Shown: positions 1 through 10,008 of the stretch, one piece after another | Numbering within the stretch: the stretch's first letter is position 1 | Layout of the letters: every line of letters starts with the position of its first letter | Assembly (NCBI GenBank): GCA_041695225.1 | Contig: JBGFRI010000007.1 | Span: 1-64,000 of the forward strand | Direction: 5' to 3' | DNA from: Deinococcota bacterium | GTDB lineage: Bacteria; Deinococcota; Deinococci; Deinococcales; Thermaceae | Length of the DNA: 64,000 nucleotides | Notes under the pieces: generated by a model | Database searches by the model: none | What the model saw: the letters and a program-made list of their open reading frames with translations, nothing else | Told to the model about the DNA's origin: nothing | Made by a program: the position numbers and the translations under genes

Positions 1-23
1 ATTGCAAGTGGTATGTCTCATGA

Positions 24-1724
24 TTACATGGCAACACTTTGTACAGCGCATCGATGCTCGAACTGCCTGGTAGACAGGCTTTTTCGCGGGTCGCAGCCTC
101 CGTTACGGGGGTAACTTCGGTTTAGCGCTGCGGCAATAAAACCACTAAAGGGGGGCGAGGCCCGCATGGGGCGGCTGGACAGCTCGGGGTGGGCCTGCAG
201 GGCAACAAAGAAGGGGTGGTTGGGAAGCTCGATGGCCTCTACCAGACCCTCGCCCCGCCCCAACACACCGGGGGTGAGAGCCGAGACAGTCAGACCATTC
301 TCAACAAGTCGCTGCACATACTGGGGGTTTACTTCGTATCGGTGCCGGTGTCGCTCGTAGACCAGTTCCTGGCCATAGAGCTGGTAGAGCAAGGTCTCGG
401 GCTGGATCTGCATGGGCCAGTTGCCCAACCGCATGGTGCCCCCCATACCCGCAACTTCCAGCTGCTCGGGCATCAGGTCAATTACTGGGTGGGGGGTATG
501 GGGGTCGAACTCGGTGCTGTTGGCGCCCTCGAGGCCCAATACGTTGCGGGCGTACTCGATTACCGCCGTCTGCAACCCCAAACAGATGCCAAAGTAGGGC
601 ACCCGGTACTCGCGAGCATAGCGGGCAGCCCAAATCTTGCCTTCAACGCCACGGGTGCCAAACCCCGGCCCTACCAGGATGCCGTCTACACCGACCAGCA
701 GCTCCTGGGCCCTGGCAAGGTCGGTAATCTCCTCGGCATTAACCCAGTTCACATTTACCTGTACATCGTGAGCAATTCCCGCGTGACGAAAGGCTTCCAG
801 GATGCTCAAGTAGGCATCGGGCATCCTGACGTATTTGCCCACGAAGGCCACCGATACCTCGTGCGCCGGCTGCTTTAGTTTGCGCACTGCGTTCTGCCAG
901 AAGCCCAGATTAGGCTGGACGGGCTTTAGTGCAAGCATCTTCTCTACCACGCGCCCCAGGCCCTGCTCTTCCAGCACCAGCGGCATCTCGTAGAGGTGCT
1001 GGACGGTGGGGCTGCTGAAGACCTCGTCTGGATGCACGTTGGTAAACAAGGCCACTTTTCTGCGCACCTCCTCCGGGGCCAGTTTCTCGGAGCGCAAGAC
1101 CAGCAGATCGGGCTGAATGCCTACCCCCCGCAGGGTAGAGACCGAGTGCTGGGTGGGCTTGGTTTTAAATTCCTCTGAGGTCGCCAGATAGGGTACCAGG
1201 GTAAGGTGCACGTAAATCAGATCGTGCTCGTTTTCATCGAATGCGAACTGGCGAATGGCCTCCAGAAAAGGCAGGCTCTCGATGTCTCCCACCGTACCGC
1301 CTACCTCCACCACCACAATCTCGGCGTTTTGCTCCCGGGCCGTGCGGCGAATACGGTCTTTGATCTCATCGGTAATGTGTGGAATGACCTGCACCGTCTG
1401 AGAAAGATACTCGCCGCGGCGTTCTTTTTGAATTACCGAGAGATACACCTGCCCGGTGGTAATGTTGTTAGCCCTGGCCAGATCAATATCGAGAAAGCGC
1501 TCGTAGTGCCCGATGTCGAGGTCGGTCTCGGCCCCATCGCTGGTGACAAAAACTTCACCGTGTTCGTAGGGCCGCATGGTTCCCGCATCTACATTGACGT
1601 AGGGGTCAATCTTGATGGCCGTTACCCGGTACCCTCGGGCCCGCATGATGGCACCGAGGCTCGAGGTGAGGATGCCCTTACCCAGACTGCTCACCACACC
1701 ACCCGTGACAAAGATGTATTTCAT
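24..1724 (-). CDS. pyrG: CTP synthase
   Basis: KYIFVTGGVVSSLGKG N-terminus, glutamine amidotransferase GICLG motif, HRHRYE and QAHPE. Confidence 0.98.
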   Translation of the reverse strand: MKYIFVTGGVVSSLGKGILTSSLGAIMRARGYRVTAIKIDPYVNVDAGTMRPYEHGEVFVTSDGAETDLDIGHYERFLDIDLARANNITTGQVYLSVIQKERRGEYLSQTVQVIPHITDEIKDRIRRTAREQNAEIVVVEVGGTVGDIESLPFLEAIRQFAFDENEHDLIYVHLTLVPYLATSEEFKTKPTQHSVSTLRGVGIQPDLLVLRSEKLAPEEVRRKVALFTNVHPDEVFSSPTVQHLYEMPLVLEEQGLGRVVEKMLALKPVQPNLGFWQNAVRKLKQPAHEVSVAFVGKYVRMPDAYLSILEAFRHAGIAHDVQVNVNWVNAEEITDLARAQELLVGVDGILVGPGFGTRGVEGKIWAARYAREYRVPYFGICLGLQTAVIEYARNVLGLEGANSTEFDPHTPHPVIDLMPEQLEVAGMGGTMRLGNWPMQIQPETLLYQLYGQELVYERHRHRYEVNPQYVQRLVENGLTVSALTPGVLGRGEGLVEAIELPNHPFFVALQAHPELSSRPMRASPPFSGFIAAALNRSYPRNGGCDPRKSLSTRQFEHRCAVQSVAM

Positions 1725-1911
1725 TAAAGACCCCCACCTTGCACCGAATTACCTGCACTTGGCGCCAAAAGCTTGCTCTTTTGAATGCTCAACCAGACTG
1801 GTAGAGCGGCCTTACTATCACGGGACTTGATACTACCATGACCTGCCCCACTGGCGTCCAGCCACCCAAGCACAATCTCTGGAAAATAGTTTGACTTGGT
1901 ACAATCTCGTT

Positions 1912-2904
1912 ATGGCCTGGGCTACTACCCTGTCTTCCGAGGTTGCACCTGGTGTTTTCGTTATTCCGGTACCCATCCCCTATCCCTTCAAGTATGTGAA
2001 CTGCTACCTGTTGGTGCCCGGCCCAGGCGCTAGCGATGGCCCAGTGCTGGTGGACTGCGCCCTGGATACCCCCGAAGCCCGAGCTGGCCTCGAGGCTGCC
2101 CTGCGCGAGCACGGCCTGGGGTTTGGCGAGCTTGAGCACCTGGTAGTCACCCACCATCACCCGGACCACTATGGCCTGGCCGGGTTAGTTGAATCGCACG
2201 GCCCCCAGGTTTGGCTGCTGGACATAGAAAAGGAGCGAGGGCACATCTTCTGGACCCAGCCCGAGGCCATGACCCAGGCCGGTCAGGACCTCTTCTACCA
2301 GCACGGGGTCACGGATGAATACCTGACCGACTTAGGCAAGGAAATGGCCAGAACCCGCAGCCGGGTACACCCCGCGCAGAACCTGCACACCTTTAGCGAT
2401 GGTCAGGTCCTTCGGCTAGCAGGCATGCCGTACCGGGTGGTCTGGGTACCGGGACATGCCGATGGTCAGGCCATGCTGCTGCGCGAGTCGGATGGAGTGC
2501 TGCTGGCCGGCGATCAGATCTTGGAGCGCATATCTCCAAACATTGGCATCTGGGCTTACTCCTACCCCAACCCGCTAAAGCACTACTTCGCCTCGCTGCA
2601 AAAAACTGCCGCGCTTGGGGCCTCGCTTGCACTGCCGGGGCATTACCGCCCAATCAAGGATATTGCCGGGCGTGTAGCCGAGCTCACAGCCCACCATCTG
2701 GAGCGGCTGGAGTTCTTGCGTGGGCTGCTGAGCCGCCAGGCCCAGACCTGCTGGCAGCTTTCGCTGGGGCTGTTTCCTGGCAGCCTCAACCTGGCCCAGC
2801 GGCGTTTTGCCTGGTCGGAGACGCTGGCCCACCTGGAATACCTGGTAGCCCGTGGTGAGGTGAAAAAGCTTCAGCTAGAGGGCGTCATACACTACTGCCG
2901 GTAG
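1912..2904 (+). CDS. MBL-fold metallo-hydrolase
   Basis: THHHPDHYG (HxHxDH), PGHADG and PGH motifs; ATG 1912 lies 6 nt after TACAAT. Confidence 0.9.
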   Translation: MAWATTLSSEVAPGVFVIPVPIPYPFKYVNCYLLVPGPGASDGPVLVDCALDTPEARAGLEAALREHGLGFGELEHLVVTHHHPDHYGLAGLVESHGPQVWLLDIEKERGHIFWTQPEAMTQAGQDLFYQHGVTDEYLTDLGKEMARTRSRVHPAQNLHTFSDGQVLRLAGMPYRVVWVPGHADGQAMLLRESDGVLLAGDQILERISPNIGIWAYSYPNPLKHYFASLQKTAALGASLALPGHYRPIKDIAGRVAELTAHHLERLEFLRGLLSRQAQTCWQLSLGLFPGSLNLAQRRFAWSETLAHLEYLVARGEVKKLQLEGVIHYCR

Positions 2905-3001
2905 CGCGGTCTGGAGCTTTAGGTTTGGGGGCTGCGAACCGAAGTCGGCGCTATACTTACACGCGGATAATGGAAAACCCTGGGGAATTTTGCTTTTGGC
3001 C

Positions 3002-4123
3002 TCACAACGCAAGGATGTACCTGGCCAGGCGCACAATGTCATTTTGCAGGGTAAGGGTTTTGCGCTCGGGGGGTCGGGCCTTTAGCTCCCTGATTTTCTC
3101 GGCGATTTTGCGCGGGTGGCGGATGTAGTACCCGAGTTTTTCGTGCCGGATCAGTTCAACGTTGCCATATTCTTGCGGCCAGACGTAGTCGCAGACGATC
3201 AGGTCTTTGTGCTGGGAGAGTACCTCGGCAATGGTAGCGGGGCCAGCCTTAGAAACCACCACATTGGAAACATTAATCAGCTCGTACATCTGTTTGGTGA
3301 AACCAAACAAGACCAGGTTTGAGATCTGGTTTTGTAGCTTGAAAGCCTCGAGCTGCCGGTAGAGTTTCTGGTTATAGCCACAAACCACCACCACGTTGAT
3401 ACCCTCGATCCTGATCAGCTCACGCACCAGATTGAAGCTAATTTTCAAGCCTGCACCGCCCCCGGTTATCAGTACCGTGTATGGCTGGGTTAGGCCCCAC
3501 TCCTCCCTTAAGCGGGCGATTTCTACCGGATCGAGAGTTTGGTCGTATTTGGGATCAATCAGGGTTTGAAAGTAGTGCAGGTTTTCGGGCGGAACCCGGT
3601 TACGACGTGCGATGCAGTAGGCCTCGGGACTAGCCACCACATACTGGTCTTTGGTATCAATAAACCAGTACAGGTGTGGGCTGAAAATATCGGTCACCAC
3701 GGTAAGGGTCCTGGGCTTGTGCTTTCGCACATAGGGCAGTCGGCGAAAACCGTGGTTGACCGGATAGCAGTAGATAATTTTGTCGGGGCGAAACTCCTCG
3801 AGGTATTCGTTGATCGCCGGACCCAGGCGCATACCCAGCACCCGCGCAAAGGTCTGGATGGCCGGGCGGGTCTGGTTAAATGCCTGGAAGACAGTAAAAA
3901 GCCAGCGCTGCTTGTTGACGGCAAAATTGTAGCCATCCTGGACGGCCTGGGCAATCCAGCGCGGACCCACATCAAAGAAGTTGAACAGGCGCACCTCGGC
4001 TTCGGGCTCGAGCTCACACAACAGCTTGTACAGGTTCTGGGCCATAGCCAGATGCCCACCCCCAGCCTTGGTGTAGACCAACAATATGCGTTGCGGCATA
4101 AGAGACGCAGCCAGATGCTGCAC
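3002..4123 (-). CDS. MGDG synthase/UgtP-like glycosyltransferase (GT28)
   Basis: GGGH N-terminal motif, GGGAG, SKAGPATIAE, QEYGN; start may be ATG 4099. Confidence 0.85.
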   Translation of the reverse strand: MQHLAASLMPQRILLVYTKAGGGHLAMAQNLYKLLCELEPEAEVRLFNFFDVGPRWIAQAVQDGYNFAVNKQRWLFTVFQAFNQTRPAIQTFARVLGMRLGPAINEYLEEFRPDKIIYCYPVNHGFRRLPYVRKHKPRTLTVVTDIFSPHLYWFIDTKDQYVVASPEAYCIARRNRVPPENLHYFQTLIDPKYDQTLDPVEIARLREEWGLTQPYTVLITGGGAGLKISFNLVRELIRIEGINVVVVCGYNQKLYRQLEAFKLQNQISNLVLFGFTKQMYELINVSNVVVSKAGPATIAEVLSQHKDLIVCDYVWPQEYGNVELIRHEKLGYYIRHPRKIAEKIRELKARPPERKTLTLQNDIVRLARYILAL

Positions 4124-4129
4124 CTCTAT

Positions 4130-4171
4130 AGACTAGGTCATTTTTAGCGCTTGGGTCTACTTGCTAAGTCT
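4130..4171. repeat. 42-bp AT-flanked mini-element with a divergent interior
   Basis: AT|AGACT...AGTCT|AT, exactly 42 bp, same length and end type as the 22316-22357 family. Confidence 0.55.
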
Positions 4172-4376
4172 ATAGAATTGGCTGTAGCAAGGCTCAGGTC
4201 GCAGGTCTGATGTAAATTGACTTGCGACTTGAGACATGCGACTTGTGACCTGAGACATCTTTGCGCCCTTAGCTCCACTAACCAAATCTATAGACTAGGA
4301 CGTTTTTGTACGGATAGCGCCAGCCCCTTATCGCCTTGGCGCAATTTTTGGCACCGACCAAGACTGAGGCAGCCAC

Positions 4377-4826
4377 TCAGTAGATCATGCCGATGCGGTC
4401 TAGCCAACGGAACTTGTCCTGGGTGCTGGGCTGGGCCAGCCCTTTGGCATCCACCAGGGTCTCGTGCATCTGGTCGTAGTCATCCAGCAGATACCAGGCC
4501 TGGGCGATCGCTGCCAGACTGTACCATTCGTAACGGGTGTCGGACTGCCAGCGGAAGCGGGTCAGGGCGCTGGTCAAGCGCTGTACAGCTTCTTCGGGTT
4601 GGTACCGATCCAGGGCGTTGACCCCAAGAATCAACTGGGAGATGGCCAGGGCAGTCTCGTGGCCCAGGTTGCGGGATTGCTGTTCGGCCTTTAGGCCCAT
4701 CCTCCAGACCGTGCTCCTGTACTCTTGGCCTTCCTCGCGGTTAGTCAGTAGCTGCCAGGCCTGGGCAATTAGTGTCTCTACCGTTGGCTCTATCAAGCTG
4801 TTTTCAACCATCACCAAAGGGCTCAT
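4377..4826 (-). CDS. Small TPR-like helical protein, paralog of 5509-5940
   Basis: Helical repeat pattern; aligns by eye with 5509-5940 (QAW...AL..F/YR...AIA..W...RWLD); AAGGAG SD before ATG 4826. Confidence 0.65.
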   Translation of the reverse strand: MSPLVMVENSLIEPTVETLIAQAWQLLTNREEGQEYRSTVWRMGLKAEQQSRNLGHETALAISQLILGVNALDRYQPEEAVQRLTSALTRFRWQSDTRYEWYSLAAIAQAWYLLDDYDQMHETLVDAKGLAQPSTQDKFRWLDRIGMIY

Positions 4827-4980
4827 CGATGACTCCTTTGTACTGGCTGGAAAGCTATGTAAGCGTTTCCAGGGCAGCCGCCTAAGTATAGCAGCTATAG
4901 CTGGGCCATCTGTACTTGATACTGGGGGCGGGTACCATGTGTTCATAAGCCCTCAGATAGCCGCGGGTCTGGCGAGAGAC

Positions 4981-5379
4981 TCAGCCCAGTGGTTGGTGGC
5001 ATAACCATACCGCGCTTGGCGCGCGCCAGCCCTCTGACAGTCGGATGGCCTTGTTTGGTTGCGGAATAGCCATTACCTTGTGCCCGACAATGCTGAACTC
5101 TATTGCGGTAAACAGCTTGTCCAGGGCATAACCCAGTGAACGGGTTTCCAGTGGACTAAAACGCAGACGGGGTAGCCTGGCCTCGAGGCTCTTGCAGCCA
5201 GCATAAGGCAACAACTCGGCAGGGTCGCGCCAGCGCCGCGGAGGCCCTACCAGCAACTCTGCCAGCACCAGCGCTAGCCCCGGATGACGATGCAAAAACG
5301 CTTCGGGATCGAACTCGAGCGAAAGCTCCAGGTTCACCTCCACGTCTTGCCATACCTCGCGCTTTACAGAACTTGCCAT
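4981..5379 (-). CDS. Hypothetical protein
   Basis: 132-aa ORF co-oriented between the two TPR-like paralogs; no family recognised. Confidence 0.55.
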   Translation of the reverse strand: MASSVKREVWQDVEVNLELSLEFDPEAFLHRHPGLALVLAELLVGPPRRWRDPAELLPYAGCKSLEARLPRLRFSPLETRSLGYALDKLFTAIEFSIVGHKVMAIPQPNKAIRLSEGWRAPSAVWLCHQPLG

Positions 5380-5508
5380 AACTTAGCTTGCAACAAACCC
5401 AGCCCCTGGTCAAGAGCAAATAACCTGTTCCAGACGGGCAATGTGGGCATTTGAACTTTGACACTCCTAAGTAAATAGTGTCAGATTTGGGGTTGGCAAG
5501 AAGCGCGC

Positions 5509-5940
5509 TCAGGTGCTGGAAAACCAGTCCAGCCAGCGGGCCTGGCTGGCATACTCGGCCTGCCGCAGAAAGGCATCGGCCTGGGAGTGGGTCTCCTGCG
5601 CCTGGGCCGCATCACCGGTAAAGCCCCAGCACAGAGCAATAGCTTTCAGGCAAGACCATTGTCCCTGTTCGTCGCCCAGAAAGCGATATACCGCCAGCGC
5701 CCTCGAAAAGAGCACAATGGCCTCGTGGGTGTTCCCACCGTATAGGCTGGTCACACCCCAGATGAAAAGGCTGTGGGCCCAAGCCCGGTTATCGCCCACG
5801 CGCCGCGCCAGACATTCCGCCCGGCGGGCTGGTACAAGAGCTTCCTGGGGCTGTGTTTCCAGCCTTGCCCAAGCGTCCTGAAGCAGTTGTTGCAGGTTTT
5901 CGGGTCTGGTGGTGTGGTGAGTCTGAGTCAAATTACGCAT
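5509..5940 (-). CDS. Small TPR-like helical protein
   Basis: TPR-like pattern (AHSLFIWG...EAIVLFSRALAVYRFLGD). Confidence 0.7.
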   Translation of the reverse strand: MRNLTQTHHTTRPENLQQLLQDAWARLETQPQEALVPARRAECLARRVGDNRAWAHSLFIWGVTSLYGGNTHEAIVLFSRALAVYRFLGDEQGQWSCLKAIALCWGFTGDAAQAQETHSQADAFLRQAEYASQARWLDWFSST

Positions 5941-6100
5941 TGCTGATTGTCAGGGTAACAGCTTGTGCCCGGCAGGCTGGCGCATTTGTCACCAACCGGC
6001 GTTACTAACGCTTACCGGCCCTTTGTGGGCTAAATATCACCAGCCTTGCTCTCTGCAAGACACGCCACAAGCCCTGGCGACGTTCGGGTAGTCTAAAGCC

Positions 6101-7444
6101 ATGGTAGAACGCTTGAAAGAGATCCTGCCCGCCAGGGTCAGTACCTCTCCCGCCGACCTGGACACTCACGGAAAGGACGAGAGCTATCCCATTCATCACC
6201 CTCCCATGGCCGTGGTGTGGGCAGAGAATCTCGCCGATGTTCAGACCACCCTGGCCTGGGCGCGAGAATACTACACGCCGGTGATTCCCTTTGGCGCCGG
6301 AACCAGCATTGAAGGTCACATAATTCCCCAGGGGCAGGCCATCTCGCTGGATGTTTCCCGTATGAATCGCGTGCTCGAAATTCACCCCGAGGATTTCATG
6401 GCCGTAGTGGAGCCCGGCCTGACCCGTAAAGCCCTGAACGAAGCCCTCAAGGGAACCGGCCTATTCTTTCCTGTAGACCCCGGCGCGGATGCCACCCTGG
6501 GCGGCATGGCGGCTACCAACGCCTCGGGGACCACCACCGTGCGTTATGGAGGGATGCGGCAGAATGTGCTGGCTTTGCAGGTGGTGCTGGCAGATGGCCA
6601 GGTGCTGGAGCTTGGCCGGGGGGTACGCAAAACCAGCGCCGGCTACAGCCTCAAGGATTTATTTATCGGCTCCGAGGGTACCCTGGGCATCATTACCCGT
6701 CTTACGCTCAGACTTTACCCCATCCCTGAGCATATCCACACCTTGCGGGTTTTCTTTGACAACCTCACCCAGACTGCCCAGGCCGCCTATGCGGTGATGG
6801 CCAGTGGGCTACCGGTGGCCCGGCTCGAGCTGGTGGACCAGGTGGGCATCCAGGCCATCAATCGCTACCTGGGCCGCAGCTATCCCGAAAAGCCCGCCCT
6901 GTTTGTGGAGTTTCACTCCTCTACCCACGAAGCTCTCGAGTCTGAGTCCAGCCTGGCTATCGAGCTGATGCACGAAGCCGGAGCGGTCCGCACCGACACC
7001 GCCCGTACCCAAGAAGAGCGAACCGCCCAGTGGGAGGCCCGTCATCAGGCTTACTGGGCTCTTATCAACCTGTTTCCCGGTAAGGAGTATCTCTCCACCG
7101 ATACCGCCGTGCCTATCTCCAGAATGCCCGACCTGGTGCAGTATTCCCATCAGTTACTGGGCACAATGGGCCTGCGGGGCAACATTCTGGGGCACGTGGG
7201 AGACGGCAACTTCCATACTTTGCTGGTCTGTGAGCCGGGCGACCCCCGGGCCGAGGAATTTTCCCAACGACTGGTGGAACACACCCTGTCCCTGGGGGGA
7301 ACCTGTACGGGCGAACACGGGGTTGGCCTGCGAAAGAAAAAATACCTGGCCAGAGAGCACGGCCCCGCCCTGGACTGGATGCGTCAGATCAAGCGCCTTT
7401 TCGACCCCCAGAATCTGCTAAATCCCGGCAAAATCTTTGATTGA
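6101..7444 (+). CDS. FAD-linked oxidase (GlcD/D-lactate dehydrogenase family)
   Basis: PFGAGTS, FPVDPG, GSEGTLG, GHVGDGNFH, GEHGVG and NPGKI motifs. Confidence 0.93.
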   Translation: MVERLKEILPARVSTSPADLDTHGKDESYPIHHPPMAVVWAENLADVQTTLAWAREYYTPVIPFGAGTSIEGHIIPQGQAISLDVSRMNRVLEIHPEDFMAVVEPGLTRKALNEALKGTGLFFPVDPGADATLGGMAATNASGTTTVRYGGMRQNVLALQVVLADGQVLELGRGVRKTSAGYSLKDLFIGSEGTLGIITRLTLRLYPIPEHIHTLRVFFDNLTQTAQAAYAVMASGLPVARLELVDQVGIQAINRYLGRSYPEKPALFVEFHSSTHEALESESSLAIELMHEAGAVRTDTARTQEERTAQWEARHQAYWALINLFPGKEYLSTDTAVPISRMPDLVQYSHQLLGTMGLRGNILGHVGDGNFHTLLVCEPGDPRAEEFSQRLVEHTLSLGGTCTGEHGVGLRKKKYLAREHGPALDWMRQIKRLFDPQNLLNPGKIFD

Positions 7445-7477
7445 TTGCTTTCAACATAGCTCTGGCATTCTCGGGGT

Positions 7478-7690
7478 ATGATGAGCGAGACCCGCCAGCA
7501 GATCCGCCTGCTATGGCTAGAATTGCCCGAGACCGTAAAGCGACTGAACCGCGGGGCGCCGGCCTTTTTCGTAAAAGGGAAAAATGCTTCCTGATCTTAT
7601 GGATAACCACCATCAGGGGGCTGGCCACCTGCTGCGTCGCACCGTTCGGAGCTTATCAGCTGTCACCCAGGCTTACCCTGCGGTACTAGG
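7478..7690 (+). pseudogene. Degraded MmcQ/YjbR-family gene remnant
   Basis: Three frames join to IRLLWLELPETVKRLNRGAPAFFVKGK / MDNHH / LATCCVAPFGA, resembling the family N-terminus; frameshifts present. Confidence 0.5.
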
Positions 7691-7831
7691 GACCTGGTGC
7701 CTCCTCACAATGAGGGTGGGAACGGCGTTTCTCGTCATGCGAGCGCTCCCCTCGACAGGCTCGGGGCAGGCTCCGGGCGCGAAGCATCCAGATCACCCCA
7801 GCCGCGAGTGTGCTTTTGTGCCCTCCTGGAT

Positions 7832-7907
7832 GGATTAATCACCCCCGCCCTTCGACTGCCCCTTTGACGGGCTCAGGACAAGCCTCGGCCACTCCGTCAC
7901 CCAGTCT
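7832..7907. repeat. 42-bp mini-element with a nested CCTTCGAC..GCTCAGGACAAG insert
   Basis: AT|GGATTAATCACCCCC...CCTCGGCCACTCCGTCACCCAGTCT|AT. Confidence 0.8.
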
Positions 7908-7908
7908 A

Positions 7909-7987
7909 TGGCTAATAGCTCATAGCTTATAGCGGATAGCTAAAAGCAGGTGTTGCTATCGGCTATCGGCTATCGGCCATCAGCTTC
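7909..7987. repeat. ~78-bp heptamer-built hairpin repeat, inverted copy at ~52288-52365
   Basis: Near-identical reverse complement of the 52288-52365 segment; GCTAATA/GCTATCG 7-mer units. Confidence 0.8.
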
Positions 7988-8008
7988 AAAAACAGGTTGG
8001 AAACTATC

Positions 8009-8554
8009 CTAGGCGGGGCTGACAGAGGCTGCGGCAGCGGAGGGCTTGGACCCTGGCGCCATAACCATATTCATGTCGCGGCCCAGCATTTCGGGGCGCA
8101 TTTCCACAAAACCAATTCCCTCCAGGTCTTTGGAGATGCGCTCCAAAAGCTTGTGTCCTAGCTCCTGGTGGGCCATCTCACGCCCACGGAACATTATGGT
8201 GACCTTGACCTTGTGCCCTTCCTCGAGGAAGCGACGGATGTGCCCAACCTTGGTGTTGTAGTCGTGGGCCTCAATTTTGGGGCGGAGCTTCATGCTCTTA
8301 AGTTCGGTGCGCTTGGCTTTCTTGCGGGCTTCTTTGTCAGCCTGCTGTTGCTCGTAGCGCCATTTCCCATAGTCGAGCAGTTTGGCCACCGGTGGAACTG
8401 CGTTGGGCGAGACCAGTACCAGGTCGTATTCGCGCTCCTTGGCCATACGCAAGGCTTCGCGGGTATCCACAACCCCTACCTGTGTGCCCTGCTCGTCTAT
8501 CAGGCGTACCTGCCGCACTCGTATTCGTTCATTAATCGGAACATCTCTGGTTAT
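8009..8554 (-). CDS. infC: Translation initiation factor IF-3 (ATA start)
   Basis: INERIRVRQVRLID, PPVAKLLDYGK, KVKVTIMFRGRE; GGAGGTG SD 5 nt before in-frame ATA at 8554. Confidence 0.97.
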   Translation of the reverse strand: MTRDVPINERIRVRQVRLIDEQGTQVGVVDTREALRMAKEREYDLVLVSPNAVPPVAKLLDYGKWRYEQQQADKEARKKAKRTELKSMKLRPKIEAHDYNTKVGHIRRFLEEGHKVKVTIMFRGREMAHQELGHKLLERISKDLEGIGFVEMRPEMLGRDMNMVMAPGSKPSAAAASVSPA

Positions 8555-8848
8555 AACTTCACCTCCGCAAGCGACAAACCCGGCTGAGTTTGACTGCCTA
8601 CACCCTCGAGTCTACACAAAAACCATTCAACGGGGCAATTCAGCCTCCGGTCGCCCCATCCCAGCTACCACCCATCTGTGCCCACCCACAGCCACACTTC
8701 TTTCAATACCAGCGTGGTTCTTGCTCAAATCCATCCGGTGCAGCCCTGGCCAGAGCTGGGGCGCCTGACCTGTGCATGGCGGCCGAGGTCAGGAAACATC
8801 CACCTCAGACTTTCGATCGGATGAGTGTAGGGCGGGTAGCATGTAGGC

Positions 8849-9616
8849 ATGACTGTCACTGCATCCGACCACATGGGCATCCGCCTCCTGACCATGAACG
8901 ACCCCCAGCGACGCAACCCACTTTCACCAGAGCTGGTAAAGGCCTTGCTTGATGCGCTGGATACTGCCGAACGGGACCAGACCATCCGAGCGGTGGTGCT
9001 GGTGGGGGCAGGGCAGGCTTTTAGCGCCGGCGCCGACCTGGAGTTCTTGAAGAAGGTCACCACCGCCGGTGCCGAGGCCAACTATGCCCACTCCCGTGAG
9101 CTGATGCGCCTCTTTCACCGGGTCTACACCTTCTCCAAACCCACCATCGCTGCCATCAACGGCCCCGCTGTGGCAGGAGGGGCCGGGCTGGCCTCGGCCT
9201 GCGACCTGGCGGTAATGAGCGAAGAGGCCAGCATCGGTTACACCGAGGTGAAGATTGGCTTTGTAGCGGCACTGGTGGGGGTGATCCTGGTGCGCAACGT
9301 GGGCGAGAAGCACGCAAAGGAACTGCTACTCACCGGCAGGCTGGTCGCGGCCCAGGAAGCCTACCGGATGGGGCTGGTGAACAAGGTGGTACCTCCAGAT
9401 CAGTTGATGGACCAGGCCCTGGCCCTGGCCCAGGAAGTAGGCGCCAACGCCCTCACCTCGCTCTCGCTGACCAAAGAACTCCTGCACGCCCTGCCCGGCA
9501 TGGGCCTCGAGGACGGCCTCAGGCTGGCCTCCATAGCCAATGCCTGGGTGCGCGAGACCGGCAACCTGGCCGAGGGCATCGCAGCCTTTTTCGAGAAGAG
9601 GCCCCCTAGGTTTTAG
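8849..9616 (+). CDS. Enoyl-CoA hydratase/isomerase (methylglutaconyl-CoA hydratase-like)
   Basis: AFSAGADL, AAINGPAVAGGAGL, EGIAAFFEKR. Confidence 0.92.
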   Translation: MTVTASDHMGIRLLTMNDPQRRNPLSPELVKALLDALDTAERDQTIRAVVLVGAGQAFSAGADLEFLKKVTTAGAEANYAHSRELMRLFHRVYTFSKPTIAAINGPAVAGGAGLASACDLAVMSEEASIGYTEVKIGFVAALVGVILVRNVGEKHAKELLLTGRLVAAQEAYRMGLVNKVVPPDQLMDQALALAQEVGANALTSLSLTKELLHALPGMGLEDGLRLASIANAWVRETGNLAEGIAAFFEKRPPRF

Positions 9617-10008
9617 CGTCGCTTCAAAGCCCGTAGCTGTTCGGCGGCCTCGGCAGCGCCGATCTGCCCCTTTTCCAGGGCGGCCAGAATGGCCTCCTTT
9701 TCTGGGGCGGGGCCTGGCTCGGGAATTTCCTGATGCTCGTAGCCCAGTACTTTGAGCAGGGTCTCGAAACGGGCCCGTATGGTGGGATACGACAGCCCCA
9801 GAATGCGCTCTACTTCCTTAAGATTTCCCCGCACCTTGATGTACAGGCGCAGGAACTCCAGGTGCTCGGGTGGGAGCAAGGCAAACTCGTTGGGCTGGAA
9901 ACTGCCTCTGATCTCGGCGCGGCAGTCCGAGCAGGCCAGTCCGGTCACATGGAGGCGCCCTTTGCATCCCGGCACAGGACACTGGGTGGGCAGGGAAAAG
10001 ACTCTCAT
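9613..10008 (-). CDS. DUF2089 family Zn-ribbon/HTH protein with C-terminal SHOCT-like helix
   Basis: CPVPGC..CSDC, RGNLKEVERILGLSYPTIRAR, ILAALEKGQI. Confidence 0.9.
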   Translation of the reverse strand: MRVFSLPTQCPVPGCKGRLHVTGLACSDCRAEIRGSFQPNEFALLPPEHLEFLRLYIKVRGNLKEVERILGLSYPTIRARFETLLKVLGYEHQEIPEPGPAPEKEAILAALEKGQIGAAEAAEQLRALKRR

